From Octopus vulgaris (lineage: Eukaryota), in contig OX597817.1 in assembly GCA_951406725.2 (NCBI GenBank), forward strand, positions 73,718,001 to 73,782,000: 64,000 bases of DNA. The letters are read 5' to 3'. Position numbers and translations under genes: made by a program. The notes below the pieces were generated by a model that saw nothing but the letters and a program-made list of their open reading frames with translations, was not told the DNA's origin and did not search any database. Below are positions 28,380-43,311 of the stretch, piece by piece (the first letter of the stretch is position 1; every line of letters starts with the position of its first letter).

Positions 28380-28640
28380 TCCCTTCCGTGAACATGAACA
28401 TGGGACTGTACCTCAAAAGATCCCCTCCGAGGCACAAGTCCGGGTAAGGTTGTTTATGGAAGACCAGTAGTCGCCCTTGTATATCAGCTTCCCTTCTCCA
28501 CGCCACCGATGTTATTCAAGCGAAAGACAAAGGCCGATACGGCTAGGTACCAATGACGTCGCAATTCGTTTCTACAGTTGAGTGAACTGGAGCAACGTGA
28601 AATAAAGTTTCTTGCTCAAAAACACGTAGCCCGGTCCGGG
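28380..28640 (-). mobile_element. SINE family C copy
   Basis: Reverse complement of 24080-24350. Confidence 0.8.
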
Positions 28641-29330
28641 AATCTAACTTAGTGGCATTTCGTTGGTCTCTGCATTCTGAGATCAAATTCCGTCGAGGTC
28701 AACTTTGTCTTTCATCCCTTTCGGGGCCGATAAAATAAGTATTAGTTGAGCACTGGGATCGATGTAATCGTCTATCCCACTTCTCTGAAATCACTGGCCT
28801 TGTGCCAAAATTTGAATCTAAAATTATTTTGTAGACAAGAAGGATAAAAGTCACTGTTGACGTCGGCTTGATTCGAACCCAGAGCGCAATGAGTTCCACG
28901 ATATAAGTAGACTTCCAATCCACCAAGTGGAAAAACAGAAGCAAAAACAGTGCAGTGAATGAAAAGTGATAAAGAGAAATAAAATAACTGGCTAATGGGG
29001 GAAGAGATGGGTGGAAGTGGGAGAGAGTAAAGGGGCGTAGAAAGAGAGAGAGAATATTTTTATTAATTTTTTCACTAATATCCTTTGTCCATGTTTGGTG
29101 GCAGAAACAGGAAACCAACAAACACTCCTTGTAAATCACATCATGGACTTTTTTTAACTGAGTTTAGCAAACACCTTTTGATTTCATAGCAACAAACCAG
29201 ACATTGCATTACGTTACATTATTGCAACGAAACAAAGAAAATGTAACCACTGCGCATATAACAAAAGAAACCTGTTTTTTTATCCTTCCTTCCTTCCATC
29301 CTTCCTTCCTTCCTTCCATCCTTCCTTCCT

Positions 29331-29378
<48 letters not shown>

Positions 29379-30385
29379 TCCCTCCTTCCTCCCTCCCTTC
29401 TTTCCTTTCTTTCTTTCTTTCTTTCTAAATCACATATTTTTTATCCTGCCTAAAACAACAAACAAAAAAAAAATAAAATAAACAAGACCAAGAATAAAAT
29501 CAACACTCACAGCAATCCACGAAACAGCAACAGCTCTTTCTAAAATTCGTTATTACATGTTTGTGTAGGATTTTTATTTTATATTTAATTTTTGCAAATG
29601 AAAAATTGTTTTGCGAAGAGGGGCGTGAATTTTCGTTTCTTAATTTGTGCTTCTTCGCCAGTAATTTTGAACCCCTCCAACAGAAACTGCCTCCGACACC
29701 ACCTCCGAAACCACCACCGCCACCGCCGCCGCCACCACCTACAATGATAAAAACGAGTGAAAGAGGGAAACCTCATACATGCTCCTTTAAGCTGCGAGAA
29801 AGAATAGCCAAATTCTTTCAAAGCACGCCGTGCTGTTTTAGAAAGGATATGGTGGATAAGGGGGAGGTTACAGACAAACCGTCCAAGTGAAAAGTGATGA
29901 TGGCCATGGCTGGAATGGTTTAAATCGTGGGTCTGCTCAATCTGGATTGACCAAGGACTAAACAACATCAACATCACTACCAGCTGTAGCAGCACCACTA
30001 CCATATGCCTGCAAGGAAGACTCTATCTATGTGGTCGCGTGATATGCTGGAAAGAACAACACAAGTCTCGACCAAATCATACAAAAGGACACTTTGGATA
30101 ATGTAGTCCTAGATACACTGCGTTTGAAGATAACGATAAAATCGTAATGGTTGGAAAGCCTTTGATCATATGTCTGCTCGGTTAGGATTTATTTGAAGTT
30201 TAAAGAACAATAATCACACCACCATTACCACCTCCAACCCCACCACTATTACAGACACCATCGTTCCCACTAATCCAACAGCGATATCATCACTATTACA
30301 ACTACTACCACCATCACCGCCATTAATAACATCCCCATCATTATTTCAACCACCACCACCACCACCACTACCACCACCTCTTTTT

Positions 30386-30424
<39 letters not shown>

Positions 30425-31159
30425 TCAACCATGAGATGTTAATGTCTTTCTTTTCTTTTCTTTCTTCCCTTTTAATAAATCTGGCCTGCTAATTATTGTC
30501 CACTTCCGTTCATACAATAAAGCCAGCGCATGCGCTTCTCTTTTTTTTTTCACCCACATATAAAAATTCCTCACATTTAAAACTATAATGGTTAGAGTAA
30601 AAAATAAAAAAATAAAAGATAAACAAAGCAAAAGAAAACCCAGCAAAACAACACAAAACCTCGAGAGACTTTTAAGGAAGAGCAAAACAAAACAAAACAA
30701 ACAAAAAGCAGCCAATGCGGGATATTTTTTTCTTACTATCTTATAAAAAAACCGTTCATTTAGTTATTGCTGTTATTGTTAGTGTCATAGTTGATGGTGT
30801 TATTATATATCGCTAATGTTGTGGTGAAGTAATTAGTGTCAACTTTTCCATCTCTCGACAGGCGTTCAAACCGACGTTAACGACGCTCCGTCTTCTCCTT
30901 CCAAGTTTTCTATTAGGATAATATTGTTTCAGAATTTACCTTACTTCTACTGCATTCTACAGCGCGTGCGCACGCACACACACTCACTCACACACACACA
31001 CATATATACGTATATATATATATATATAAGCACTATTAAAGGTTACAAACCTCATTCAAGGATAGCAAAATCCTATGAAAGTACTGGTTAGTTATCTATA
31101 CAAAGAATATTGAACATTACATTTAGTACTCAACTGCAAGGTAACTATATAAACCGTGA

Positions 31160-31224
<65 letters not shown>

Positions 31225-31243
31225 GATACAGATTTTAATTTCA

Positions 31244-31435
31244 TGGTAGATAAAGATATACAAAATAGGTGTTCAATTCCTGCATGTTGAGTAAACGGCT
31301 GCAAACCGTTAACGGTTTGCAGCCGTGCACTCAACAAGCAAGAACTGAACACCTATTTTGTATATCTTTACGGTTTACAGCGCTTTACTCAACATGCAGG
31401 AATTGAACACCTATTTCATATATCTTTATCCACCA
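31244..31435. repeat. Palindrome with duplicated right arm
   Basis: Centre 'cggctgcaaaccgttaacggtttgcagccg'; two tandem right arms complement one left arm. Confidence 0.85.
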
Positions 31436-31589
31436 CTGAAGAGATTCGCCTTTCAAATAATTTTTGATTTGATTACTTAATTATCTCAGGGTCAGGGATT
31501 GAAACAACTGTAAGAGATATTTGTCAATTTTTAATTAATAAGTAATAATTTATTAATTACCTATCTATTTTCTCATCTTAGTATCATAA

Positions 31590-31966
31590 TCTATATATAT
31601 AAAGCTGAAGTTGTCAGTGTGTGTGTGTGTGGCAGGTTTGGTAGCCTTCAACTAACACTATCTCCTCCGAGACCCTGCGGCGCAAGTTGACCAAAATTTT
31701 GAGTATGATAGAAGAAGAAAAAATTTAAATCGGACCATGTTAAGACCAAAAATTATTTACATCAAAAAGGTGCTTTTTTTTTCTATGAAAATCCCTATTT
31801 TTTATGATTTTGTTGACTGCTGTGTCGCCATTTTTCGGTGTATTTCAACCAGAAAAATGTTCCCTTAAGGAGAATAACAAGCTACATAATGCAAAATTTT
31901 TACTTTTCAAAAATTCCAATTCTAAAGTGTCGAAACAAACCCGAGCAACACCGGGCTATACTGGTA

Positions 31967-31967
<1 letters not shown>
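31590..31967 (+). mobile_element. Non-autonomous Helitron (~380 bp)
   Basis: Starts a|TCTATATATATAAAG, has subterminal hairpin 'cccgagcaacaccggg', ends GTAG|t (CTAG variant); inserted between A and T. Confidence 0.75.
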
Positions 31968-32044
<77 letters not shown>

Positions 32045-32819
32045 CAATTTCGCTGATATTACGGAAGTTGTCACGCTGTGGAAAAAAAGCTCGATGTGCG
32101 CGACTGCAGCTATAATCGCTCATTCCGCCGCGATATGACTTTTAACATAGCAAATCTATGAAAAGATATTATTTCAGACAATTTCACAGCAGCATGCTTT
32201 CTAACTGTGTATATACATTTATTATGATACAAAAATGTTAATTTAATGCTATTTCCATTCAATTTAATGGTGCACTTGTCAATGATGTGAACTCGCAGCT
32301 AGCCACACGTTGCTTCCTTTATACCCACTACCCACATACAAAAATACATTTATACATACTCCTGGAATCCTCTAATATATAGTTGGAATTATGCTAAAAA
32401 AATTCAGCTTGTACAAGATACCAGAATCCCTAATGCTGGTCCTCTCAGTAACTACATGTCGGCTCTAATGGAGCAGATCATTGATTATATACATTCAAAT
32501 CGTGACTATCCTATTTCTTTCTTTTTTTCTCTCCTTTTTTCTCGTAGTATTTCTGCAGTAATAATGCACTAATGACTAAATTATTCAATGAAATTTTCAA
32601 TCTTTAATATGAAAGTGTGGTTTGAAGAAATTTTGAAATTTATGCTGCAATTTCTTGGTTGCCTTGTCCACGCAGACGTCCTTACGTTTGCTCGGAAGCT
32701 GAGGATGTGAGAGATGGTAATGTGCAATAAATGTCCAGTTTACGGGAAAATTACGGCACATAGTATTTCACAACGATGCAGATATTTTATTTAAATACTT
32801 TAAGTTCAAGCATTTATTA

Positions 32820-33097
32820 TAATAGTAATCTGAGCATCATACGCAACGCAGAAACATCGTTGAAAACCTGATGAACTGTGATATTCATCTCGAGATCTTA
32901 TAGAACTATAGTGTTAAAAAATGCAGAAATATATCAGGAGCAGGCGAAACTGCCGGACTATTTTCGTCACTTACTGATATATTTCTGTGTATTTTAACAC
33001 TGTATGTCTATAAGAGACGTTATTTCGAGTTGCATACCATAATTTATCAGGCTTTCAGCGATGTATCTGCTTTATATTTGAATCAGAGATTGCTATT
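32820..33097. mobile_element. Diverged palindromic MITE
   Basis: 'gcagaaacatcgttgaaaacctgat...gcagaaatatatcag' is mirrored by 'ctgatatatttctgtg...atcaggctttcagcgatgtatctgc'. Confidence 0.75.
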
Positions 33098-33989
33098 CTG
33101 AACTAATACTGCTTCTGTCGCTGAAAACGAAATTTAATTCAGTTTTATAACATAAATATGCACATTATAATACACACGTAAACACATCCACACGTTCGCA
33201 AACGCGTACACACGCACACGCGCGCACACACAAACGCACACAGACACACACACACAGACACACACACACACAAACACACACACACACGCACGCACACACA
33301 CAACTCCATGGCATAAATCAAACGAATGCATGCGAGCCTGCAATTTACTCACCCCTCTTCCAAATATCGAGAAAGATTGTGGGATACAAAATCTAAATGA
33401 TTAAATTCCATGACTTAACCGGCAGTGCTACAATTTAACACTAATTGGAAAACTTTATATTTAGTTCAATTAAAGTATATTAATGAAGATCAAGTTAATT
33501 AAATCTCTGTAGACTGCAACTTACGTGATGTTTGAAAAGAAGAAATAACTATATCTTTATATTTTTGAAATCATAATGAATTTAATTATATAAAATTATA
33601 GTTGTTTTAATTATATTAATTAATTAAAGAATAACAATCCATGTAATATTTGGATACCACTTTCTATCTTATTATAACCAAAATCTTATCAGAATCAATT
33701 AATCGGCTAATTACTAATTTCAGTCATTCCCAAAATATAAAAAAGACTAAATATAAATCAAAGTACATAGCAAATCATAGCCATAGTTTCATGTGTGTGT
33801 GTGTGTTTGTGTGTGTATGTGTGTGTGACATTTTTTAACCCCCATTAAGGGGGAGGGGGTCAGTCGCAATATCTTTTTCGTACCTGCCGTCTCTGAAGAG
33901 CACTTGATGTTAGTCAACCGTTCTTTTAACTAATATCCGTTTATCTAATACCAAATGCGAGACCGTTTGGTAAGATCGGCTGAAATTGA

Positions 33990-34600
33990 TCTATTACTGA
34001 CCCTGGTAGACCGCTACGTTCGTTGGCCTGAGGCTATCCCTCTCCGCAGCACGGAAACACAAGAAGTCAGCCGAGCCTTCATCACAAACTGGGTTGCCTG
34101 TTTCGGCGTCCCAGACAACATCTCATCCGATCGGCGCCCACAGTGCCTGGAGAGTTCCTTCCGAACACAAAATCAGATGTCAAAAGGTATCTCGCGCAAC
34201 TAAGAGACAGTATGGGCCAGTTGTGCCCTATTCCCATGTCAACACATGGTACACCTAAATCATCCGTACCAAGTGACCTCGACTCGGCGAAGTTCGTGTT
34301 TGTTCGATGTGACATGCGACGAAAACCCTTCTAGTCACCCTACAATGGTCCATATAAAATATATGTCTGGGGGACAAATCGTACCAACTCCTAATTGGCG
34401 GACGACAAGACACAGTTTCCATCGATAGGTTGAAATCGGCCAATCTCGATATTGACAGTCCCCTCCAAGTAGCTCAACCACCAAACAAAGGCCTCCCCAG
34501 GCATATCACACCTATCCTTGGCAAGGAACAGTCACCAAAGAGCCGAGTAATCACACTCACGGACAAGGCAGTTAAAACACCTTCCCGGTTCCAATGACAG
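33990..34600 (+). pseudogene. Ty3/Gypsy integrase remnant (RVE core with deletion, GPY/F region)
   Basis: LLTLVDRYVRWPEAIPL..FGVPDNISSD; FVFVRCD..PYNGPYKI; TVSIDRLK. Confidence 0.88.
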
Positions 34601-34625
34601 TCAACAGTTCCGAGAGAGAGCTATA

Positions 34626-34860
34626 TGTAGGGCACTACCCAAGGATTTATGATTGATGAACTGTAGAAAGGAACTTCGCTGCGGGCTAGCCAGAGAGCTG
34701 GTCTGCATTAAAGTTGACTTCCGGTTAAGCCCGACTTTTACGAAGCAGGAGTTGACTGGTAGCTGTCGCCTTCATGTATTGAACTAAAATCTTTCACCAA
34801 CTCACTCTGAGCCTCTGTTGATTTTTTTGTGTAAAGCTTAACTAAAGCTATTAGTTCACG
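34626..34860 (+). mobile_element. Probable 3' LTR of the Gypsy remnant
   Basis: Purine tract 'gagagagag' followed by TGTAG just after the integrase; right end uncertain. Confidence 0.5.
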
Positions 34861-34978
34861 TTTTCAGAAATGAATACTTAGGCGACTATGTGTGTGCGTG
34901 TATATGTATGTATGCATGTATGTATGTATGTATGTATGTATGTATGTATGTATGTATGTATGTATGTATGTATGTATA

Positions 34979-35014
<36 letters not shown>

Positions 35015-35119
35015 TGTATGTATGTATGATGGACTCTCCCGTCGAAGACAACGTATGAACGTTTAGCTTTTGCCGAACTACCGCCACAAATGATTTGTTT
35101 ATACTAATCAAATTTTTGT

Positions 35120-35320
35120 ACGGTACATTAGATTACTCTTTCCATCAAATCTACCGTGTCTGAACAGGTGCACGGCGTACCACGCGTCAGGTGTCGAAGT
35201 GATCACAGAGTAACGTGAAATGAGGTGCTTTGCTCAAGAACACAACGCACCACTTGTTCTAGAAATTGAAATCACCATATAGCGATCGTGATTGCAACAC
35301 CACCTAGGCCATGCAGCCTT
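35120..35320 (-). mobile_element. SINE related to family C (forward copy at 39380-39600)
   Basis: Mutual reverse-complement similarity with 39380-39600; tRNA-like head. Confidence 0.65.
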
Positions 35321-35353
35321 ACACACGCACGTACACATGTACACACACACAAA

Positions 35354-35414
<61 letters not shown>

Positions 35415-36115
35415 ACATACATAGTCCACATATCATAAAGTCATAAAATATATATTGTATATATATTAGCACTTAATGCCTACTAATAAATCTTGCTTTA
35501 ATAAGAGTGTTAAGTAATACTTTTACAATACAATCTACCACATATCCAGAAGTCAGTCTCGCCACAATGTTTAGGCGTAAATATTGCAATTATAGTATTA
35601 TACGAATATTTCTACTTAGAGGCTTACGCACGCTTTCAGTCTTGAATATATAATTATACGTTTTAAGTATATTCCCATGCTCGTATTTATTACAAAGCCA
35701 CCAAAAGCAAATTCTGCTTATAAATACAAAAGAAGCTGTACTTAACAAACACTCATGCATCTACGCCTATTATGAAATGGATATCTTTATACACAAACAT
35801 AAATTTGCATCTATTATAAAATGTGTAACTGCGTTTATGTGTGTGTGCCAGAGTTTCTGTGTGTGTGTGCGAGTGTCTGTGTGTGTGTGCGAGAGTGTCT
35901 GTGTTGTGTGTGTGTATGTATGTATGTATGTATGTATGTATGTATGTATGTATGTATGTGTATGTATGTATGTATGTATGTATGTATGTATGTATGTATG
36001 TATGTATGTATGTATCTATCTATCTATGCAATCATAAAGCTACACCTTCTACAAAAGAAGCACGATACGTTCATGCATGTATATGTGCATACAGTTATTT
36101 TTGCATATTTACATA

Positions 36116-36421
36116 CAGTGGAACCTCAGTTTATGAACGCCTCTCGTCACGAGCATAATCGGTTTACGAACAATCTTTCAAACATAAAACATATCGAGTG
36201 ACGAACGGAGTCTCGAGTAAAGAACACGTAAGTCGGAAACAACGGTTGGCGGCAAACTGCGAACATCTGCGGGAAAACGTCAGTTGCTGACTAGCTTTCC
36301 ATGCTCGAATTTTCTGTCTTCTCTTGAATTTTCTATGGAAGAAATAATTTCTGATTACGAACATTTCGGGTAACGAACGGCCTTCCTGAACGAATTAGAT
36401 TCGTAAATCAAGTTTCTACAG
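36116..36421. mobile_element. Tigger/pogo-type MITE with TA target duplication
   Basis: TA|CAGTGGAACCTCAGTTTATGAA ... TTCGTAAATCAAGTTTCTACAG|TA imperfect TIRs. Confidence 0.7.
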
Positions 36422-36859
36422 TAATTATTATGTTCGGAAAAGAATGTAAATATATATAATACGTGTACCAGCATATTTATGACTCTGACAATATAATTAA
36501 GCATGTAAGGATATAAATTATCACTATTAGAATGAACTGTATTATAATTCATTATTTCTAATAGAATTAAGGCAGTCAGTTGGGAGACAAAACGTATACC
36601 GTGTCGAACAAATAGCTTAGAGACATTACCTCCAACCCTTTACGTTTTGAGTTCAAATTCCACTGGGGTCGATTAAATAAACTCCGAATCAAGTTCTCGG
36701 ATCGAAGTAATCGAGTAACACGTGATCCCTAAAATTAGTAACTTTAGACCATAATTTGAAACTATTATTCTCATAGCATATTTTTCATTAGATACAGTCT
36801 TAGCACTGAATACTCTAGGGAGGCTGATTTCTAGATTGGAAGTTTGCTTCGTATGTGGC

Positions 36860-37044
36860 AGTGAGTGGATTGAGTGAGTGCTTATAAAACGGATTGCTTT
36901 CGCTTCCCAACTACATGCTTTCGGTATCAGTCCTACCATCGAGGCACCTTGGGCAAGTGTCTTCTATTATAGCCTCGAGCCGACCAAAGACTAGTGAGGG
37001 GGTTTGGTAGACAGAAATTGAAAGAAACCCGTCGTTTACACACA

Positions 37045-37076
<32 letters not shown>

Positions 37077-37200
37077 TATGCATATATTTGTGTGTGTGTC
37101 TCTGTTTCTCCTCCCACCATCGCTTGACAACCGATGCTGGTGTGTTTACGTCCCGCAACTTGTTAGACTATAGGCGGTGCTCCAGCATGACCGCAGTCAA
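36860..37200 (+). mobile_element. SINE family B
   Basis: 'ggcaccttgggcaagtgtcttcta..ccgaccaaag..cttgacaaccgatgctggtg'. Confidence 0.8.
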
Positions 37201-37577
37201 ATCCTGAGAATTGCATGTGGGGAACGAAGTGTTGCCTGTGTGCCTTTAACTCTGCTAAACTGGCAACACGTCCATTCCCAAATACAATATCTGTTTCAAC
37301 ACACAAATTCACATCAAGAATCTGGCAAATCGAATATATATATAAATTTTGGTTTTGGATGTATACATATATATATATATATAAAGATAAATTAAATATA
37401 GAGATATCCAATTGACAATCCAATAATTTATTTATATTACAATACATTAAATACTATGAATATAATACATAACAACATAATATTATATAACATAGATAAA
37501 TATAAAAAAACCATAAAAGGTCAACAAATTATTTAACACACTCCTTTGAAGGATTTCTATTCCTCAATTTGTTACTT

Positions 37578-37656
<79 letters not shown>

Positions 37657-37805
37657 CAATAATAAATAAGCGAGGTATAAACAGTAACTGCTCTGTATAT
37701 AAGGGACCAGCCATCTGAATATACTATACGTCACCAGGAGAGCCGACCGTGATGGTGTCGGCTCTCCTGGTGACGTCTATAGTCGCCTGGGGCTATCGTA
37801 ACAGT

Positions 37806-37854
<49 letters not shown>

Positions 37855-37856
<2 letters not shown>

Positions 37857-38068
37857 TTTTCTTTTATTCTTTTACTTGTGTCAGTCTTTTGACTGCGGCC
37901 ATGCTAGAGCACCGCCCTAAGTCGAACAATTCGACCCCAGAACTTATTCTTTGTAAGCCTTGTGCTTATTCTATCGGTTACCTTTGCCGAACCGCTATGT
38001 TATGGGGACATAAACACACCAACATCGGTTGTCAAGCGATGGTGGGGGGGACAAACACGGACACAAAA

Positions 38069-38103
<35 letters not shown>

Positions 38104-38260
38104 TATACGACGAGAGCTTCTAGTTTTCGTCTACTAAATCCACTCACAAGGTTTTGGCTAGACCGACGCTGTAGTAGAAGACACCCAAGGTACCACGCAG
38201 TGAGGATGAACCCTGTTCCATGTGGTGAGGAAGCAAGCTTCTTACTACACAGCCACGGCT
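37855..38260 (-). mobile_element. SINE family B
   Basis: Reverse complement of the family-B pattern. Confidence 0.8.
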
Positions 38261-38394
38261 GCCTCTATGCGTATGTATATGTATATATATAAAATCACAT
38301 ATATGATAATATATATGTATACATGCATACACAATTTTATACATACGTTCACATACAGACATACTAAGCACATACAAATACATAAACACACACA

Positions 38395-38425
<31 letters not shown>

Positions 38426-38829
38426 AACGACACACACACACACACGCACTTTAGCAACATACCAACAGGCACAATATATATGCACATTATCTACACAAGC
38501 ATAGGTAGAAATGCACATGTGGAGGAAATAAAAAATCGCTTGGGGACAATTTTCTTTGCCTACTTGAAACGTCGTGTGTTTCATCTTGCAATTATGATCA
38601 TTCTCTTTGTCTAGACAATTGACTGATTGTCTACAACAGCTACTTACAAAATATTTTATCGAGGTAATTCTAATAGTTGTACCTAACACTTAATATGAGG
38701 CTGCTTTCGGAGACAATTCGCATTCTAAGTTCTGTGATTTTCTAGAGCCTTGGGCAGGGTTGGAGTGAATCTCTTTGTGAATGAACGCTACACTGCCCAC
38801 CCCACACGTTCGCACATATACACGCATGT

Positions 38830-39385
<556 letters not shown>

Positions 39386-39801
39386 GGCTTAGTGGTTAGT
39401 GTTTTGCCTTGATGTGATTTCAATTCCTAGATCAGGTGATGCGTTGTGTTGTCGAGCACCATACTTCATTTCACGTTGCTTTGCGATCACTTCGATCCCT
39501 GACGCGTAGTACACCGCACACCTGTATAGGCAATGTCAATTTCAAGAAGAGAGTAAGCTGATGTGCGGCACGAACATTTGATCACTATAAGCAAATCATT
39601 TGTATAGGTTGATTGCGGCTATACTGGGGCACCACCTTCAAGGATGTTTTAATCGAACAAATCGCCTCAAGGACTTATTTTTTTAAGCCTAGTACTTAAT
39701 CTACCGCTCTATTTTGTCGAACTGCTACGTTACGTGGATGTGAATAATACCGGTTGTTAATCGGTGGTGAGGGGACAAACATGGACACACACTCACACAC
39801 G

Positions 39802-39857
<56 letters not shown>

Positions 39858-39904
39858 TACATATATTCGACAGGCGTCTCTCAGTTTCCGTCTACCAAAT
39901 TCAC

Positions 39905-41125
39905 TCTAGATATGTTTCTTTATTAGCCACACAGGGCTGCACACAGATAGAACAAATTACAAGGTAGAGCTTTTCTTTTGAAGGTTTAAGAAAAAAAAAA
40001 AAAAAAAAAAGGAAGGGGGAGTTTCGATCAAAAGGGATCGTAAAAGGAGAGAAAGAGGACAAAAAAAGGGGGCGTTTAAAAAAAAGGGGGGGAGGAAAAA
40101 AAATTGATCAATAGGGATCGTTATCACAGAAATGTCAATATGAAGTGTAAAGGGGAGGACAGGTGAGGTTTACCCGTGGAAAGAAAAGCCTACGGAAAAG
40201 ACCACGGTAACCTCGGTCAATGATGTCACATTTTATATTTCTTTTTTTTTTTTTTGCAAATAAGCAACTCTCTGTTTTCGATTTCTGGGTTCATAGGACT
40301 ATGCTCAAGGTGGCTTCGTCATTCATACGTGCCATTCTTGCTACATTCACCCATCTTTTTTTAAAACATTCGCTAGACAAAACTTGCCTCTCTACTCTCA
40401 CTTTCCTTTTCAAGTGGTACTTGAAGAAGTTGATGAGATATTGACCAGAGAGGAAAGTGTTTGTCTCCAATCCTTTCAGACGCGTCCACCAGATACATTC
40501 TTTCGCCATAGCCACAAGGATGATGAAAATAGCTCTTCCTTCCCGTTTGAAGGAAGGAGGCGTGACAATATTGACGATAGACTCAGCTGATAAACCGACT
40601 CGTCCCACACGTGACAGCAGTTGTTCGACATAAGCCCACAGGTCGGAAATTGTTGGACACTGAACGAGTGCGTGCAGAACGGTTTCGTCGCTCTGACCGC
40701 ATCTCGGGCAGGTCGGCCCCGTGTTTCTCGAGCCGTGTCTGTAGAGCTTATCCCGAACGGGTAGCGCTTCTCGGTAGCACTGCCAGGCCAGGGATCTCTG
40801 GAAGTTGTCCATGGGCCCTGGCCCGAAAGTCGTCCTGAACAGGCGGGTCAGGTACTCCTCGTCGACGTCCAGGTTCGCCCCGAGCTCGTCGTCGTACCTC
40901 CCCTCCACTAAACCCCTGTAGAATGCTTTGGTTGTGTTGAAGTCACTTAAGGTCGACCCAGGACGGCAGAGTTGCTTGAGAGCAACGCGACACTCGCGGT
41001 GCCATTCGCCCTTCCTCGGCCTCTTTTTGATCCACGACTGCAGTTCGGTCATGGAGACGAGCTGCGGGAAAGCGTGCCTCACAAACGGCGACCACACCTG
41101 TTCACCGTCGTCTACATAGAGCCAG

Positions 41126-41126
<1 letters not shown>
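39905..41126 (-). mobile_element. 5'-truncated L1/Tx1-like LINE: ORF2 C-terminus with zf-RVT finger and 3' UTR
   Basis: Open frame with CPRCGQSDETVLHALVQC and LAWQCYREALP; 3' UTR ends '...gtggctAATAAAgaaacatatcta'; 5' junction in (CTAT)n. Confidence 0.9.
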
Positions 41127-41214
<88 letters not shown>

Positions 41215-41260
41215 TATAGATAGATAGATAGATAGATAGATAGGAAGATAGATAGGTAGA
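41127..41260. repeat. (GATA)n microsatellite
   Basis: Seen directly. Confidence 0.97.
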
Positions 41261-43249
41261 TACACACACTCACCGCCCACACACATATATATATATATGT
41301 ATATATTCGCAGACATGTTTAAACAATGATATTTAAATAATTAGAGACATGCATTCATATGTTTACACATGCATAAACACAAACATAGATACGGATGGTT
41401 GCACTTACTCCAATACGAACATATACATGCATACATATGTATATGCATAAATGCATAAATACAAATATACATGCTTCCCTACGTCTCTGTTTTATATACT
41501 CTTATAACCACATACATACAGAATATGAATAAATACATAGATACTTACGTACGTCCTATAATGCTGAAATTTTCAAATTCACAGCTTGTCTAAATTTGTT
41601 ATTTTTGTGTCTGGAGAAACATCTCAGTAGATAGCGAAGTCCATAGAAGTTGAGAAACTGTAAAAGAAAAATATTTCGAAATAAACAAAACATGCTGATA
41701 TATTTTCTTTCTGTAACTCTGTTTGCAATCATCAAACGAGACGGGTTTGAATACCATGTTATTTATGGTGGCGAATTAATAGAACCGTTAGAAAGTCGGA
41801 TACAAATACCTTGTAGTGTTTATTTTGGCTCTGCGCACTGTGTTCAATTCCCGCTGAGGTGAACTTTGAATAAGATTCTTGTCAAGGGTGGGGATTAGGG
41901 AATTAAGTCGTTGGGCTGTATGCTTTGCTGTAATTCTTCTGGCTCCGTATCACGCCAAACTCAAATTTTCCAGACTAGACAAAATATTGTACGGGTCAAA
42001 TATTGGGATCAATTCAATTAACTGACCCCTCCCACTAGATTGGAAGTCCTGTATCTAAATTCGAAATTATTTATGCTATTGATAGTGAACGAGCAGAGTC
42101 TCTTGAACATCGAAAATACGGTATTTGTTCCCTTTTGTGAGTTGAAATCCCTTTGAAATCAAATTCACCTTCAGGAGCAACTTTACCTTTCGCTTTGCTC
42201 CCTACTAGACCTCCTGTAGATAACGGCATGCATGATGTTGGAGGGGAGCGAAACTACAGGGTGTAAAGGGAAAGAACGTAAGAACTGGTTTGTGGTCACA
42301 CTGAATGTCCTCCATGTAAAGTATGAGTATTTAGAAAAGATCCCAAAACTTATCGCTCAGTCGAATGGGGCAGAAATACGAGTAATTGGTTGGGGGGAAG
42401 TAGATAACCCAGATGCCACGTGTTTGGAACAACTGGCCATCTCAGAACATTTTTATACCAGGAAAGTGGAAAGAATGGCCCCACATCTACCAACAGTATC
42501 ATTGCAATATCAACAGTGTGCAACAAAAGAAGTAGTAGTGACTGTATCAGAAAGGATAAAAGAAGTTACAATAATAGTATGTGGCCCAACATCAAATATA
42601 CCAACAAAGTAACAACAACAACAACAATAACAACAACAACAACAGCAACAACAGTAACAGCAGCAGCACCAACAAGGTCAACGTCAAATTCGCAAGCTGT
42701 TGTTGCTAAAGTGGCGAAAAATAATGACTATAACAAATCGTCACTCAGGTTAAATCACAACCCAGAACCCTTTCTGCTCTGCTCCTATTCCGACCCCTGC
42801 CACATGCACAGAGACTGATATAAACATACGAATAAACATGCTCTCGCCCTTGTTCGACTACCCTTCTGGTAACGGACGGAGGTGGGCAAGAAAAGCATCC
42901 CAAATGAAAAAATTCAAAAGATAAGCAACAAAGCAAAAAACAACACCAAATCCATGCTGACCTCACCTCACCAAAACAACAAAAAAAAACCCACTAAATT
43001 CACAACAGCACGAAATAATATCACTCCTACCACCTAATGCACCACTAATAACAACAAAAAGAAAACGCATAAAAGAAGTAGCGAATACACAAGACTAAAA
43101 CTAACAAACACAAACCCAACAACAACCAGAACAAAATAATCCCAGTCAAAGATACAAATCACTCCACAACACCAACACAAATTGTACCAACATCCAAATT
43201 TGTGCTAGAAAGAAGAAAAAAAAAACAACAATATCTATCTTACAGAACA

Positions 43250-43311
<62 letters not shown>

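Noticed and set aside
29561-30004. Pro-rich and Arg/Trp-rich ORFs
   Set aside because: Made of a (CCA/CCG)n tract plus repeat family D sequence.
40291-41316. 341-aa ORF (and the 368-aa ORF at 54173-55279) with YLSI repeats
   Set aside because: (CTAT)n read-through into LINE ORF2 remnants.
42232-42818. 126-aa and 132-aa ORFs
   Set aside because: No recognisable domain or splice support; partly (CAA)n low complexity.
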